Shown: positions 39,409 through 50,307 of the stretch, piece after piece
Numbering within the stretch: the stretch's first letter is position 1
Layout of the letters: each line of letters begins with the position of its first letter
Assembly: GCA_046313635.1 (NCBI GenBank)
Contig: JBKBYA010000001.1
Span: 192,001-256,000 of the forward strand
DNA from: Pyrinomonadaceae bacterium
GTDB taxonomy: Bacteria; Acidobacteriota; Blastocatellia; Pyrinomonadales; Pyrinomonadaceae
Reading direction: 5' to 3'
Length of the DNA stretch: 64,000 nt
Translations under genes and position numbers: made by a program
The notes under the pieces: generated by a model
Database searches by the model: none
What the model saw: the letters and a program-made list of their open reading frames with translations, nothing else
Told to the model about the DNA's origin: nothing

Positions 39409-40368
39409 TTACGGACCTACGATCGAGATCAATCTAGCATTCATCCAACCTTCACGTTGAGCTTCCATCCAGCCAAAATAGCCGTCGCGTTCCCAATTGT
39501 TGCCGCAGCCCAAATTACCCTGGGAATCGCATCCATCCTGTAATACCTGGACGCGGTACCACGTTGCGTATCCGTCGTCAGTTGGATAAGAATCGACCTC
39601 CAAAACTCTAACTCTGGCTCCTTGGTAGTGGGTACCGATAACTTGGGCCGTGCGGTTCGATGCAGATCGGATATTGGCGTTCTCAGTAAGCACGCCTTCG
39701 CGGCCGATCACCCAAGAATGCGACGAGTCGTTGGAATTCGTCACCGTATTTGAGCTGCTCGCGTTCGAACTGTATGAAGGTGTCGCTCTATTGGTCTTTA
39801 CCGGCCGATCGGCGTTCGCGCCGCCCGCGGAGTTACTGGCGTTGTCGGCTTGTTTCGAATAGATGATCACACCGCCGATCAGAACGGCCGTTACGAGGAT
39901 CGTGACGACGTTTACAGTTGTTTGTCGTGAATTATCGGTGGAGCCGATCGATGCTGCGTATGGTTGCGGCGGCGTAAAAACGTTTGGCTGGAAAGCGATC
40001 GTCTCCTCTGGTACCGAGGGAGCGCCTGCAAGCGGCTGATGCGGTGAGCTCGGCGGTGTCGGACTGCCAAACTGCGGCGCGTACCCGAAAAGGGCGTTGC
40101 CGGCGAGGCCGATCGCCGGCTGTCCTCCCGGCCCGGTCATTGGCGCTCCGCACTTTTTGCAGAACTTCGAAGTACCTCGGTTCGCGAGCCCGCAGGACGA
40201 GCACTCGATCAACGTGTCCGGCGTACCCTCGGACACCGGACGCACCGAGAACCGTTGCCCAACCAGCGTCTCCTGCTCTGCGGAATCGTCGCGAAGAGCG
40301 TTGCCGTCATTCATACAGAAGACGTAATCGTCGGAAAAAACGCTGTTACATTGCGGGCAGATTTTCAT
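39409..40368 (-). CDS. Double zinc-ribbon, single-TM protein with a C-terminal SH3b-like domain
   Basis: CPQC..CMNDG, CSSC..CKKCG, TM, NANIRS...GARVRVL...WYRV...EGWM. Confidence 0.7.
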   Translation of the reverse strand: MKICPQCNSVFSDDYVFCMNDGNALRDDSAEQETLVGQRFSVRPVSEGTPDTLIECSSCGLANRGTSKFCKKCGAPMTGPGGQPAIGLAGNALFGYAPQFGSPTPPSSPHQPLAGAPSVPEETIAFQPNVFTPPQPYAASIGSTDNSRQTTVNVVTILVTAVLIGGVIIYSKQADNASNSAGGANADRPVKTNRATPSYSSNASSSNTVTNSNDSSHSWVIGREGVLTENANIRSASNRTAQVIGTHYQGARVRVLEVDSYPTDDGYATWYRVQVLQDGCDSQGNLGCGNNWERDGYFGWMEAQREGWMNARLISIVGP

Positions 40369-40375
40369 GTCGTAG

Positions 40376-41611
40376 TTAGTTCTTGTCCGGACCAAATTCG
40401 GTAAGAAAGTGTTCGGTGAGGTCGCCGACAACAGGTAATTTGAAGATCTCGTTGTTGAATGCCTTGGTGATCAATAACAAATTCACGCCGGCGGCCGCAA
40501 ACCATGCTCCGTACCAAATTCCGTTGACCTGCGAGTACTCGCCAAAATACCCCGCGGCGAAAATCCCGACATTCAAAATCAGAGATTGGAGCGAGTGGAA
40601 CCGCAGGAAATAATTCTCCTTCGGCGTGCTGATTAGAAAGATCGCCGGAACCACCAGCCACACGAAGCCGAGGATAAAACCGAAGGCAGCCAGTACAAAG
40701 CCGGGCCCATATGCGAGGGCCGCCTTTGCGGTGGGACTCATGGCCGCCTCCGAGTAACTTGGCTCTTCGAACCGCTCCGCCGAATGCGCGCCGCCGCTCA
40801 GCGACATGACCCGTGCTCGCTCCGGGTCGGACAGAAACGGCGAGGAATGGACGGCGCTGTCGAGGTGCGCCTTCAGGATTTGCCCTTGCGCTGAGAACCA
40901 GGTCCCCACTATCCAGAAGATAAGACCAACGAGACCGCCGCTGATTGCCGAGTAGATGAAAACACCCACGGTCACGGCGGCCGAGTCACTTGCGCTGGCG
41001 CCGAAGCCCCGCGACCAGTTGGACATGGATTGTCCGGCCACCAGACCGGCAAGAATGATCAAGCCGCACGCCACTGCCCCTAAAATTTTTAGCAGCTTCC
41101 CAAACCCGTCCAGCGTGCGGGCCACGCGATAGCCGTCCCGGTAGCGCCCGATCACAGAGCGAGAAAAATTTCGAGGTGCCGAACCAGCTCCCGATTCAAC
41201 CGCCACCCTTTGTGGCGGAGAAGATTCGCGCTCCCCGAACTCGTCGGGTACAGTACGCGGGTCGTCACCGTGCGAACGCCGATCAGTTTGCGGTGAGTGC
41301 TCTTTGGCCTTTATGCTTTTCGGGATCTCGGTCCTGCTTGCCGAGGCTGCATGCCCCGCACTGCGTGTTTCGAACGGAGCGGTTACCGCGCCGCCACGAG
41401 GGGCTTGCGCGCCGATCGGATCCGGCTGCAGATTCAGCGCGCAAGAATGACAAAACGTGTCCGTAGGCGACACATTCGATCCGCATGCTGGACAAAGGTC
41501 AAACGAAACAGACCCGCTTGACGGCTGTGCGGTACCGCACTCGTTGCAAAAAATAGCGTCTGGGTCGATTGCCGCATGGCAGCTAATACAATGTTTACCG
41601 TTCATGGTCAT
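40376..41611 (-). CDS. Double zinc-ribbon membrane protein with a DUF4870-like C-terminus
   Basis: CISC..CNEC, CPAC..CHSC; AALAY, FLRFHSLQS, KAF...FKLPVVG. Confidence 0.7.
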   Translation of the reverse strand: MTMNGKHCISCHAAIDPDAIFCNECGTAQPSSGSVSFDLCPACGSNVSPTDTFCHSCALNLQPDPIGAQAPRGGAVTAPFETRSAGHAASASRTEIPKSIKAKEHSPQTDRRSHGDDPRTVPDEFGERESSPPQRVAVESGAGSAPRNFSRSVIGRYRDGYRVARTLDGFGKLLKILGAVACGLIILAGLVAGQSMSNWSRGFGASASDSAAVTVGVFIYSAISGGLVGLIFWIVGTWFSAQGQILKAHLDSAVHSSPFLSDPERARVMSLSGGAHSAERFEEPSYSEAAMSPTAKAALAYGPGFVLAAFGFILGFVWLVVPAIFLISTPKENYFLRFHSLQSLILNVGIFAAGYFGEYSQVNGIWYGAWFAAAGVNLLLITKAFNNEIFKLPVVGDLTEHFLTEFGPDKN

Positions 41612-41649
41612 GTTTCCTCCTCGCGAGGAATGGTCGGCTCGATTTCACT

Positions 41650-44074
41650 TCAGCGGCGAACCGAAGTATGCTGCTGTCCGAGCCGGCCGATCAGCTCTTC
41701 CAAAAGCGCTATAGGAGTGGTCAGCAAACTCACCGCGTCGCTGTCGAAAGACCGATACCTGGTCCGTCGCGCCAGATCGTCGATCGACGACGAGATGTCC
41801 TTGGCGTAATCCACAAGCCAGCGCTCCCGTACCTCAAGGATCTCCGGAAGCTCGGCATAGAAGCTCCTTTTTTCCCGCACGAAGCCCAGGAACTCTTGGG
41901 CTAGATCGGAGCTGCTTCGGTTAAAGACGGCATCGTAGTATCGAACGAGGTAATCGCGATCGCTCGTGATCAGCCGCAAGTAGTACTGGTACTGATCAAC
42001 GTAGTCCTGATCGAGCTGCGCGATCTGCTGCTGGACATTGACGCGGTCGGGGGAGTTCGGAGCCAGGCCCAAATACCGCTGGTAGCTTTGTGACGCGGCC
42101 TTGTATCGGTCATTGGCTTCGTATGCCAAGGCGAGATTGTAGAAACCGCACCAGTCAGTCGGGTTCGCCGAGGCGTATCTCTTAAACGACTGCATAGCCG
42201 ATCTGTAGTCCGACGACGAGAGAGCCCTGACGCCGGCGGAAAGATCGGGATCGCTCGATTTACAAACTTTCGGGACAAATCGGCGAACGTGCTTCTGAAG
42301 CGCCCGGATCAGCTGCCGTCTGTCACACGCGGCGAAGTACTTACCGCCCGTGATCGATGCCAGATACTGAAGATCGCGCTCGGCCACCGAGCCAGCCGGA
42401 ACGTCGAACCCGACCGTCATAAATCTGATCACCGAACCTCCGCGTTGCACTGTCCCGATCTGCGTGCTGAAAACTCCGGGTGGGCGTATATTGCCGCAGG
42501 TACTCTGCCCGTCGCTCAACAAAATGATCTGCCCTTCCTTTGCCGCGGGGTTGGCGGCGAGATACGACTGCATCTCGGCCCAACGTCCTTCGCCTGCGGC
42601 AGCGGTGTCGCCCCGTCAGGCCGCGGCAGCCCGCGCATCACTCCCTCGGCCTGGGTGTAATTACTCGTAAAGCCCAGATGCCGCCGCGTAGAGGACGGGT
42701 CGCACCCGCCCGTAAAGGTCATTATCGAAACCGGCGGCGCCGTTTCCGAACCCCGCAGCTCCCGCAACGCATCAAGCCCAGCCTCCCTCGCCTGGCCGAT
42801 CTTGTTGTTCTCATTCATGCTGCCGGAGACGTCAAACAGAAAAATGGTTGCAACATTCCTAACTGGGGAAGGGTGGGGAATTGGTTCGCTCGGTAGAGAT
42901 TCGCAGCCACCGACGAATCCACAAAGATCAATAACCACCTTTGACAGTACGTCATCACGGTTATACATATCTTTGTGGTCATAACCGCGATTTCCATTTC
43001 GCGTTATGCTTAGAGTTCCTCTTGGAAGGGCAGACCTATCCACATCACCTAATTCGCCCGGTTCGAACCTCCTGACTCGCACTGGCGAACTACAGAAAAA
43101 ATGTGTACCGTTGCCCCCGATGACAGGATTCGGATTGCAGAATAAAGCGCTATTGAATGGAACCATTCCGTCGGTTAGCCCGAAACGTCCATTGAAAGCT
43201 TTGTAAATAATGTTGTTTGTAGCTTCTAGTTGAAGATGGTCGTTCGGAAAAACAACCCTCCATTCAACATCGGACTTCGCTAAGTGACCGGCGTATGCTA
43301 TTAGATTGACAAAATAAGGTGGCATTTTTCCGTTTGCCTCGATAAGCCATATATTTTCGTCTTTACCTAAGCGCTTCAAACCTAACGAGCTATCGAAATC
43401 GTCCCAGCGCAAATCGCTTCGATTAGCTTCGTTTGAAGCCGGCGTCGTTTGTGAATGTTTTGATTTCCACCAGTAAGTTGCTTGAGAAACTTGAAACTTG
43501 TTTCCCCATCCTTTTGCGATAAACGGCTGAAGTGTTGCGAAATCGTTGGCAGGGGGTGTTCCATGATGCAGAGTTGCGAGGGTAATGACTCCAATCACTC
43601 GTCTCCCGCCGTCGTGGTCTACCAAATATGACTTGGCAACCAAGCCCCCCATGCTGTGGGCAAGAATAACGTGATCGCGATTTGGCAATATGCGGCCAGC
43701 GGATTCTTTAAGTTTTTCGGCAATCTTTAGAACGGAGTCGCGGTCGCTGCAATACTGAAAGAGATAAAGCGAGTAGCGGCTCGAAAGTCCGCTCTTTTAT
43801 CGTCGAAAAGTTTTTTGAAGGCCACCCAATACTTGTTGGGCTTCGTAACTTCCGCATCCCGATCTGTTCCGTGTAGGCCGTGAATCAGAATAAGGGGTAT
43901 TTTATCCGGGGCAAATGTACCCTCAACAGAAATCAAAGCTCCAAGCGGACTTCGGGGGTTATCGCATTTCGCCAATGGCTGACTACGATCTGGACGACGT
44001 CGACGCTGTCCGTAGAGGGGATCAGGTAATAAAAGTCCGAATGCAAAAAGTATGAGAATGATTACTACTTTCAT
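41650..44074 (-). pseudogene. Alpha/beta-hydrolase (lipase/PGAP1-like)-VWA-TPR fusion broken by two frameshifts
   Basis: LILIHGLHG / (shift ~43790) AHSMGGL, HHGTP, DGMVP, H; LFDVSGSM / (shift ~42585) ILLSDG, TVGF, TGGKYF, YNLALAYE. Confidence 0.75.
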
Positions 44075-44103
44075 TAAGGAAACCAGAAACCCTTATGTGG
44101 AAT

Positions 44104-44454
44104 TCATCTCCGAATTTGTTCAGCTGTTGCACGCAACGCGCACAGTCCACTTCCCACTGTCGTATTAAAAAGAAGAGTTTGCTCGAGTACGTTTTGTGGA
44201 CTCAAAGTATTCACGCGTAACCGTCGTGAACCTTGGCCGTCGCTTCCTAGCTGCAAATACGCTTCTTGTCTTATTTGATTTGCCTTTTGCCGCATCAACA
44301 TTCCCCAAAGGAACGGAACAAGTGACACCAAAGCGAGTGGGACACCGCAAATCGCTCCAATTCAGGTGACACTGAGCCCTGCCCCGATAGCAAATCCGAA
44401 TATCCCGATTGCAATCAATATCGTGCCGGTTGCGTCTCTTGCGATTTCAGCCAT
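44104..44454 (-). pseudogene. Small membrane protein gene with an internal nonsense codon
   Basis: MAEIARDATG...GLSVT*IGAICGVPL; TGA at 44362-44364 between TM segments. Confidence 0.5.
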
Positions 44455-44501
44455 ATTACTCCTCGATCAATTAAGGTGACGGCAGTTCTTTGTCGGGCGG
44501 A

Positions 44502-44900
44502 TTACCAGTTGTATTTGTCGTATTTCGAATCATTCCATTGAGGCGGCGGGGAATCGAGTTGGCGGACCAACTCGATTTGGCCTTCACTTTCGACGGTCAT
44601 CGGGATCGAATCATCCTTCGTGTGCTTGAGAGTAATGATGAAGCCTACCTTGAGTCTCAACGTCATTCTCCCTCGCCCGTAGGATTTGGAATTCGAGTAG
44701 CTGCCCCACCGAACGCTGACGTTTGTATTTTCGTCCATCCTCAATTGATCGCGGGATGAGTAAGGCTTGAACTGGACAACGATGTATATGATTCCGCGCT
44801 TCGGCGGCGGCGTGTAAGTATAAGTCCCGGCGTTCAACTGCACCGGCAGCAAAACGAGCGAGTAGACCGCAACTACAAGTGAAAAGAGTTTCTTGTTCAT
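44502..44900 (-). CDS. Secreted hypothetical protein
   Basis: GGAG RBS, signal peptide. Confidence 0.55.
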   Translation of the reverse strand: MNKKLFSLVVAVYSLVLLPVQLNAGTYTYTPPPKRGIIYIVVQFKPYSSRDQLRMDENTNVSVRWGSYSNSKSYGRGRMTLRLKVGFIITLKHTKDDSIPMTVESEGQIELVRQLDSPPPQWNDSKYDKYNW

Positions 44901-45040
44901 ATTTTCTCCATTCGGAAGGCTCGAGTTTGTGTTCTAGTATGTTGGCTCACGCCCCGTTTTGTAATCAATTCTGACTAATATCGACTTGGGCTGGTACCGC
45001 GACACCCAGAGGCGGTTTGCTATCGAGGGGCCATGTTCTC

Positions 45041-46993
45041 CTAGTCGGACGTGAATGCGCGGCGGAAAGTCCCGTTCGAATAAACGTAGAGATAAGCAGA
45101 TGCGCTGCACGTCCCACCAACCGGAGCATCGGTTGTCAGATATTTTGTCACCCGATCAAAATTGTCGTTAACGATCTCACCGTAGCTTTCCCCTTTAACC
45201 GCCGAAGCTAGTCCTTGCTCTCGCATCTCGGAGAGGCTGCCGCTTTCGAGAATGTGCGGCGTGAAACCGCCTGCTCTACTTACGAAAGCGATAATGAATC
45301 CTTTCCGAGCCGTACTGAACTTAACCGTGTAATCCGTCACACCGTCACCGTTGTAATCACCTTCTACGCGGGATTTGCGAAACTCGTCAACGCACGAAGT
45401 GGACGCCGTCGCGAATCCCCACCGTGGATATGTCTTGCTGAGGTAAGCATTCACAATTGCCGGCAGGCCCCGCACGAGCGTTTGAGCTTTGGACTTAACC
45501 GCGCGTAGCCGGTTAGAACCGCCTCCGTCGCGCGGCGTTCGCACTACCAAGGTCGATCCGGCGCCGCCCATATTAATGTTTCGAGAGGCCGGTAACGAAC
45601 CGCCGATCGCCGTACTCGGGGCTCCGTTCATTGCGTTTGTATATTCCCGCTCGCCGATCTTTGCGTTCCCGAAGTCCATATCGTGATAGCTGTAAGCTAT
45701 CGCCCGATTGAGATACTTCAACCGTTGTTGAGCGGACGGGTGACTGGAGTATAGGGACTGCAAGGCCTGACCTGATGTGGCTGCGGCTGTCGCGGGCTTT
45801 GTATTTCTAACGATCTCGCGCCACACCTTCGAAGCCTCGCGGGGGTCATAACCGGCCCGGACCATGTAGTAAAGGCCTACCCTGTCGGCCTGATCTTCTT
45901 TGTGGCGATCGAACGCAGTTGCGAAGACCAGCGAAGTAAGGAGACCGGCACCGCCGTCTTTGCCGCCCATTGCACGACTGGCAAGAGCGCCTCCGAGAAC
46001 GATCAGTCCCTGTTTCCATTGGTCGTCAGCCGTCTTGCGGGAGTGTTCGTGGGTGACGTGGGCGATCTCATGGCCGAGAACCGTCGCGAGTTGCGCTTCG
46101 TTCCGAATTTGCTTAAGCAGTCCGGTATGGATCGCGACAAATCCGTCAGGAGTGGCGAATGCGTTAAACGAGTCGTCCTCTATAACCGCAAACCGGAATG
46201 TGACCTTCCCCGGATTGTCGTTGGGCTGGTCCTTGTAATAACGGGGAATCAATCTGTTGCCGACGGCAGTCACATATGTTTGAAGTCGGAGATTGTTGAC
46301 GAATTTCACCTCTTTGCCATCGATCGTCCCCCTGCCTCCTGTCAGGTTGGCCGGGAGCCGTAAGCCTTTTTCGGTCGCTGTCTTAAGTGCTCGGTCCGTG
46401 TCGGTAAATAGATTCGGCTCGGTTTTGCCCTCGCTTGCGTAAAGTAACCCGTCAGCTCGGCGGGTGCCCTTCAGCCAGACCTCCGATCCGAGCTGCATCT
46501 CGTCAAAGGACGCAAATGTCTTCCCTTTCCACTCATCGACGCCTCGCACTACCGCGCCCGGCGCGAGTTTTACCGCCTTACCGTCGATCCAGGCTTTGTC
46601 GCCTTCAAGTCCCTCGAGATAGCCTTTGGCTTCGTCTTCCCACTTCTCTAGAGGTGTCTCAACCTTGATTACAGAGGCGACAATACGACCGCCGAACCTT
46701 TCTCCCTCAATTGTGATTCTCATTCCCGGCCGGACGAGATCTCGGTCGATCGGTCTGTTTGCTCTGTTAACAAAGCGCGTTCTCGTCGAAACTGGCAATT
46801 CTAACGACTCAGTTTCTATAAAGTTGTTGTCATCGATGTCTACTATCAGGTTTTCATACGGCTCTTTGAATTGCAGGACGTAAGCGCCCTGCTTCTTAAT
46901 GGGTATCCCAATTTCCCGTTGAGGGTACGCAGTCGAAACGATGAGCGTAAAGATCAGGAACAGTGACACTAAGCTGGACGGTACCTTTCCCAT
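45041..46993 (-). CDS. M48 family metallopeptidase with N-terminal DUF5666-like OB repeats
   Basis: FNAFATPDG, LGHEIAH, EDQADRVG, GYDP, SSHPS; C-terminal GDYNGDG. Confidence 0.88.
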   Translation of the reverse strand: MGKVPSSLVSLFLIFTLIVSTAYPQREIGIPIKKQGAYVLQFKEPYENLIVDIDDNNFIETESLELPVSTRTRFVNRANRPIDRDLVRPGMRITIEGERFGGRIVASVIKVETPLEKWEDEAKGYLEGLEGDKAWIDGKAVKLAPGAVVRGVDEWKGKTFASFDEMQLGSEVWLKGTRRADGLLYASEGKTEPNLFTDTDRALKTATEKGLRLPANLTGGRGTIDGKEVKFVNNLRLQTYVTAVGNRLIPRYYKDQPNDNPGKVTFRFAVIEDDSFNAFATPDGFVAIHTGLLKQIRNEAQLATVLGHEIAHVTHEHSRKTADDQWKQGLIVLGGALASRAMGGKDGGAGLLTSLVFATAFDRHKEDQADRVGLYYMVRAGYDPREASKVWREIVRNTKPATAAATSGQALQSLYSSHPSAQQRLKYLNRAIAYSYHDMDFGNAKIGEREYTNAMNGAPSTAIGGSLPASRNINMGGAGSTLVVRTPRDGGGSNRLRAVKSKAQTLVRGLPAIVNAYLSKTYPRWGFATASTSCVDEFRKSRVEGDYNGDGVTDYTVKFSTARKGFIIAFVSRAGGFTPHILESGSLSEMREQGLASAVKGESYGEIVNDNFDRVTKYLTTDAPVGGTCSASAYLYVYSNGTFRRAFTSD

Positions 46994-47214
46994 AAATCAC
47001 TGCCGTGCTGTGCCCACAGGGGGACGCTTGAAAGGTGAAAGTTTGTAGTTAATAGAACGAAGCCTCGGCAAAAAGTTCGAACGAATGTGTTGTGTCAACG
47101 TTTTATCATTCCGCCAGCCTGACAACATCTCATGGCCTTGAAAGATCTCATGGTTTTATGTTCGATTTTCTGAAGCCCAAAGTTAGCTAAAATCTACTGA
47201 TTGTCTATGAATTT

Positions 47215-47846
47215 TGTGTTAATTAACTTTGAAATGTCCGTGAATCACATCGAGTTGAAGGACGAGTTTCGCACGAGGGGTTTGAAAGTGGGGCGAGATG
47301 CGTTGTTCGATTATTTAAGAGCGGAGCATCTTCTTATCAGGCCGAAACGGAACTACACGAAGACGACGAACTCGAAACACTGGTTGAAGAAGCATCCGAA
47401 CCTTCTTGCGGGAAGAAAGGTCGGACGCCCGGAGGAGGTCTTCGCCAGTGACATTACTTACGTGAAGAGCCGGGAGCGGACACACTATCTGGCTCTGGTG
47501 ACCGATGCCTACAGCCGAAGGATCATGGGATCACCTAAGCGGCGACCTGAGTGCCGAGAACATCGTCCAGGCGTTGAAGATGGCCGTCGCTAATCGCATC
47601 GGCGATAAGCCCCTGATCCATCATTCCGACCGCGGGCTGCAGTACGCCGCCGAGGTCTATCAAAAAGAATTGAGACGAAGTAACATCACGCCTTCGATGA
47701 CCGACGGCTACGACTGTTACCAAAACGCACTGGCCGAACGAATCAACGGCATCCTAAAACAAGAATTCTTGTTCGGCACATGCAACACCGGAAAGGAGCT
47801 AATGCAAAATCCCGCGCGTGCCAATCAGTTTCTGATGGAGCCTTAG
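47215..47846 (+). pseudogene. Truncated, frameshifted IS3-family transposase (OrfB integrase core)
   Basis: SDITY, YLALVTDAYSRRIMG / HHSDRGLQY, NALAERINGILKQEF; no OrfA. Confidence 0.85.
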
Positions 47847-48008
47847 GTTTAGATCACAGCCCGGTACCCACGGAAAGACCCCGGCCACGTCGGCTGGCAC
47901 TCGCTAAACAACCTGGAAGTTCGGACTGCGGTAGTATCCAAGTGCCGTCCGAGACATTCCGCATATCGCTCTTATTATTTCTAGTGGGAATTTTGGTGGG
48001 AATGAAAC

Positions 48009-48029
48009 AAGCGGCCTTTCGGGCCGCTT
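48009..48029 (-). terminator. Terminator hairpin downstream of tRNA-Asn
   Basis: aagcggcc-cgaaa-ggccgctt followed by gtttc on the minus strand. Confidence 0.6.
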
Positions 48030-48045
48030 AAATTATTGAAGATAT

Positions 48046-48120
<75 letters not shown>

Positions 48121-48265
48121 GTGCGCTCGTTTTAGAGCGAAGTTCAAGATTAGGAACTTCACGATTTGTTGTCAAGCGTTAGCGGCCGGCGTTGCGGCGG
48201 GGACGCGGCGGGCTTAGAATGCTCGGGAATTCGGTACATTCGGCACGTTAGGCCCCGAGGAATCT

Positions 48266-48703
48266 ATGCCCAAGCACAAGCCAAAGACACGCGAGACGGA
48301 CGCAAGTGTCGATGATTTTCTCAGATCGGTCGACGATGACACGCGGCGGTCTGACGCGTATCGAGTGCTGGAGATATTTGAGCGGGCCACCGGCGAGACG
48401 CCGAAGATGTGGGGTACGGCGATCGTCGGTTTCGGCAGTTGTCCGATCAAATATGCCGACGGCCGATCGCTCGACTGGCCGATCGCGGCATTCTCGCCGC
48501 GCAAGCAGAATCTGACGCTCTACGTTATCAGCTCCTCGCCGCGGCAGCCGGAGCTGCTGGCCAGACTCGGCCGGCACACTAAGAGCAAAGCGTGCCTTTA
48601 CATCAAGCGGCTCGCCGATGTCGACGAGGCGGTGCTCGAGCACCTCGTCAGGGACTCGTATGAATTCGTCAAGAACAAGACGGCCGGATCCTGCGGTCTC
48701 TGA
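48266..48703 (+). CDS. DUF1801 (YdhG-like) protein
   Basis: PKMWGTAIVGFG, AFSPRKQNLTLY, LGRH..SKACLYIKRL. Confidence 0.88.
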   Translation: MPKHKPKTRETDASVDDFLRSVDDDTRRSDAYRVLEIFERATGETPKMWGTAIVGFGSCPIKYADGRSLDWPIAAFSPRKQNLTLYVISSSPRQPELLARLGRHTKSKACLYIKRLADVDEAVLEHLVRDSYEFVKNKTAGSCGL

Positions 48704-48762
48704 CAAACCCGGCCCGCCCGCGTATAATCGTTCCTTTACAAACCGCACGTGGAGCGATTCCT

Positions 48763-50307
48763 TTGCAGCACGAACTAGTTTTGATCCTCGATTTCGGCTC
48801 GCAGTACACGCAGCTGATCGCGCGCCGTGTACGCGAGCAAGGCGTTTATTGCGAGATCCATCCGTTTCATCTTTCGGTCGATGAGATCGTCAAGCGTCGG
48901 CCGAAGGGAGTCATCCTGTCGGGCGGCCCGTCGAGCGTGACCGATGAGGAAGCACCGCGCGTCGAGCCAGACTTTTATCAGAGGGTCGACGCGCCGGTAC
49001 TTGGCATCTGCTACGGGATGCAGCTCGTGGCGGTCGACCTCGGCGGGGCGAGCGAGCCGGCGTCGCGACGCGAGTACGGACATGCGAAGCTCAAGGTCTT
49101 GAGCGGCGAGACGAGACTATTCGACGAGATGCCTTTCGAGCTCGACGTGTGGATGAGTCACGGCGACCATGTGACCCATTTGCCTCCGGGCTTTCACACG
49201 ACCGCGACGACGGGCGATGTGATCACGGCATTCGAAGATCGCGAACGCGGCTTCTACTGCGTGCAGTTTCATCCAGAGGTCTCGCACACGCCGCTCGGTC
49301 GAGAGATACTTCGCAACTTTCTTTTTAAGATCTGCGGCTGCCGCGGGGACTGGACGCCGTCGCAGTTCATCGCCGAAGAGGTCGAGAAGATAAGAAACAT
49401 CGTCGGCGAGACCGGCAACGTCGTCTGCGGTCTGTCGGGCGGCGTCGACTCCACGGTCGCGGCGGCGCTCGTTCACGAGGCGATCGGCGACCGCCAGACG
49501 TGCATCTTCGTCAACAACGGTCTGCTGCGCTACAACGAGTTTGAGGACACGCTCGCCGCATACAAGAACAATCTCCATCTCAACGTCCGCGGTGTCGATG
49601 CGAGCCGCGAGTTTTACGCGGCGCTCAAAGGCATCAGCGACCCCGAGCAGAAGCGCAAGGCGATCGGCCGAACATTTATCGAGATCTTCGACGCCGAGGC
49701 AAAGAGGATCGGCGACGTCAAATGGCTTGTGCAGGGCACGCTCTATCCCGACGTGATCGAGTCGGTCAGCCTGCGCGGAGCGTCGGTGACGATCAAGACA
49801 CATCACAACGTCGGCGGCTTGCCGGAGAAGATGGATCTTAAATTGATCGAGCCGCTGCGCGAGCTATTCAAGGATGAGGTCCGCGCGATCGGCCGCGATC
49901 TGGGCATCCCGGAAATGATCCTCGAACGGCATCCCTTCCCCGGCCCGGGGCTCGGCGTACGCATTCTCGGCGAGATCACGCAGGACAAGGTCGAGCTGCT
50001 GCAGAGGGCCGACAAGATCTTTATCGACGAGCTGCACAACTTTGGTTTGTACCGCGACGTGTGGCAGGCCTTTGCGGTTCTGCTGCCGATCCACTCGGTC
50101 GGCGTGATGGGCGACTTCAGAACGTACGAGCAGGCGGTCGCGCTTCGCGCGGTGACGTCGACCGACGGGATGACGGCCGACTGGGCGCGTCTGCCGCACG
50201 ACTTCCTCGCCTCGGTCTCGTCGCGCATCACGAGCGAGGTCCGCGGTGTGAATCGTGTCGTGTACGACATCTCGTCAAAGCCGCCGAGCACGATCGAGTG
50301 GGAATGA
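48763..50307 (+). CDS. guaA: GMP synthase (glutamine-hydrolysing)
   Basis: LDFGSQY, LGICYGMQ, QFHPEV, SGGVDS, IKTHHNVGG, KPPSTIEWE. Confidence 0.98.
   Translation: MQHELVLILDFGSQYTQLIARRVREQGVYCEIHPFHLSVDEIVKRRPKGVILSGGPSSVTDEEAPRVEPDFYQRVDAPVLGICYGMQLVAVDLGGASEPASRREYGHAKLKVLSGETRLFDEMPFELDVWMSHGDHVTHLPPGFHTTATTGDVITAFEDRERGFYCVQFHPEVSHTPLGREILRNFLFKICGCRGDWTPSQFIAEEVEKIRNIVGETGNVVCGLSGGVDSTVAAALVHEAIGDRQTCIFVNNGLLRYNEFEDTLAAYKNNLHLNVRGVDASREFYAALKGISDPEQKRKAIGRTFIEIFDAEAKRIGDVKWLVQGTLYPDVIESVSLRGASVTIKTHHNVGGLPEKMDLKLIEPLRELFKDEVRAIGRDLGIPEMILERHPFPGPGLGVRILGEITQDKVELLQRADKIFIDELHNFGLYRDVWQAFAVLLPIHSVGVMGDFRTYEQAVALRAVTSTDGMTADWARLPHDFLASVSSRITSEVRGVNRVVYDISSKPPSTIEWE

Larger units (their letters stand above)
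31400..48045. mobile_element. Putative decayed genomic island abutting the tRNA-Asn 3' end (left boundary approximate)
   Basis: IS3 remnants at both ends, visibly lower GC (especially 42.8-47.5 kb), several pseudogenes; no integrase seen. Confidence 0.65.

Noticed and set aside
44362..44364. In-frame TGA in a small island gene as a third selenocysteine codon
   Set aside because: It lies in a hydrophobic T-x-I-G-A segment with no redox motif, in a region with other decayed genes; a nonsense mutation is more likely
47996..48005. gtgggaatga matching the guaA 3' end, a known integration hotspot
   Set aside because: It lies upstream of guaA, the wrong side for an element integrated at the guaA 3' end
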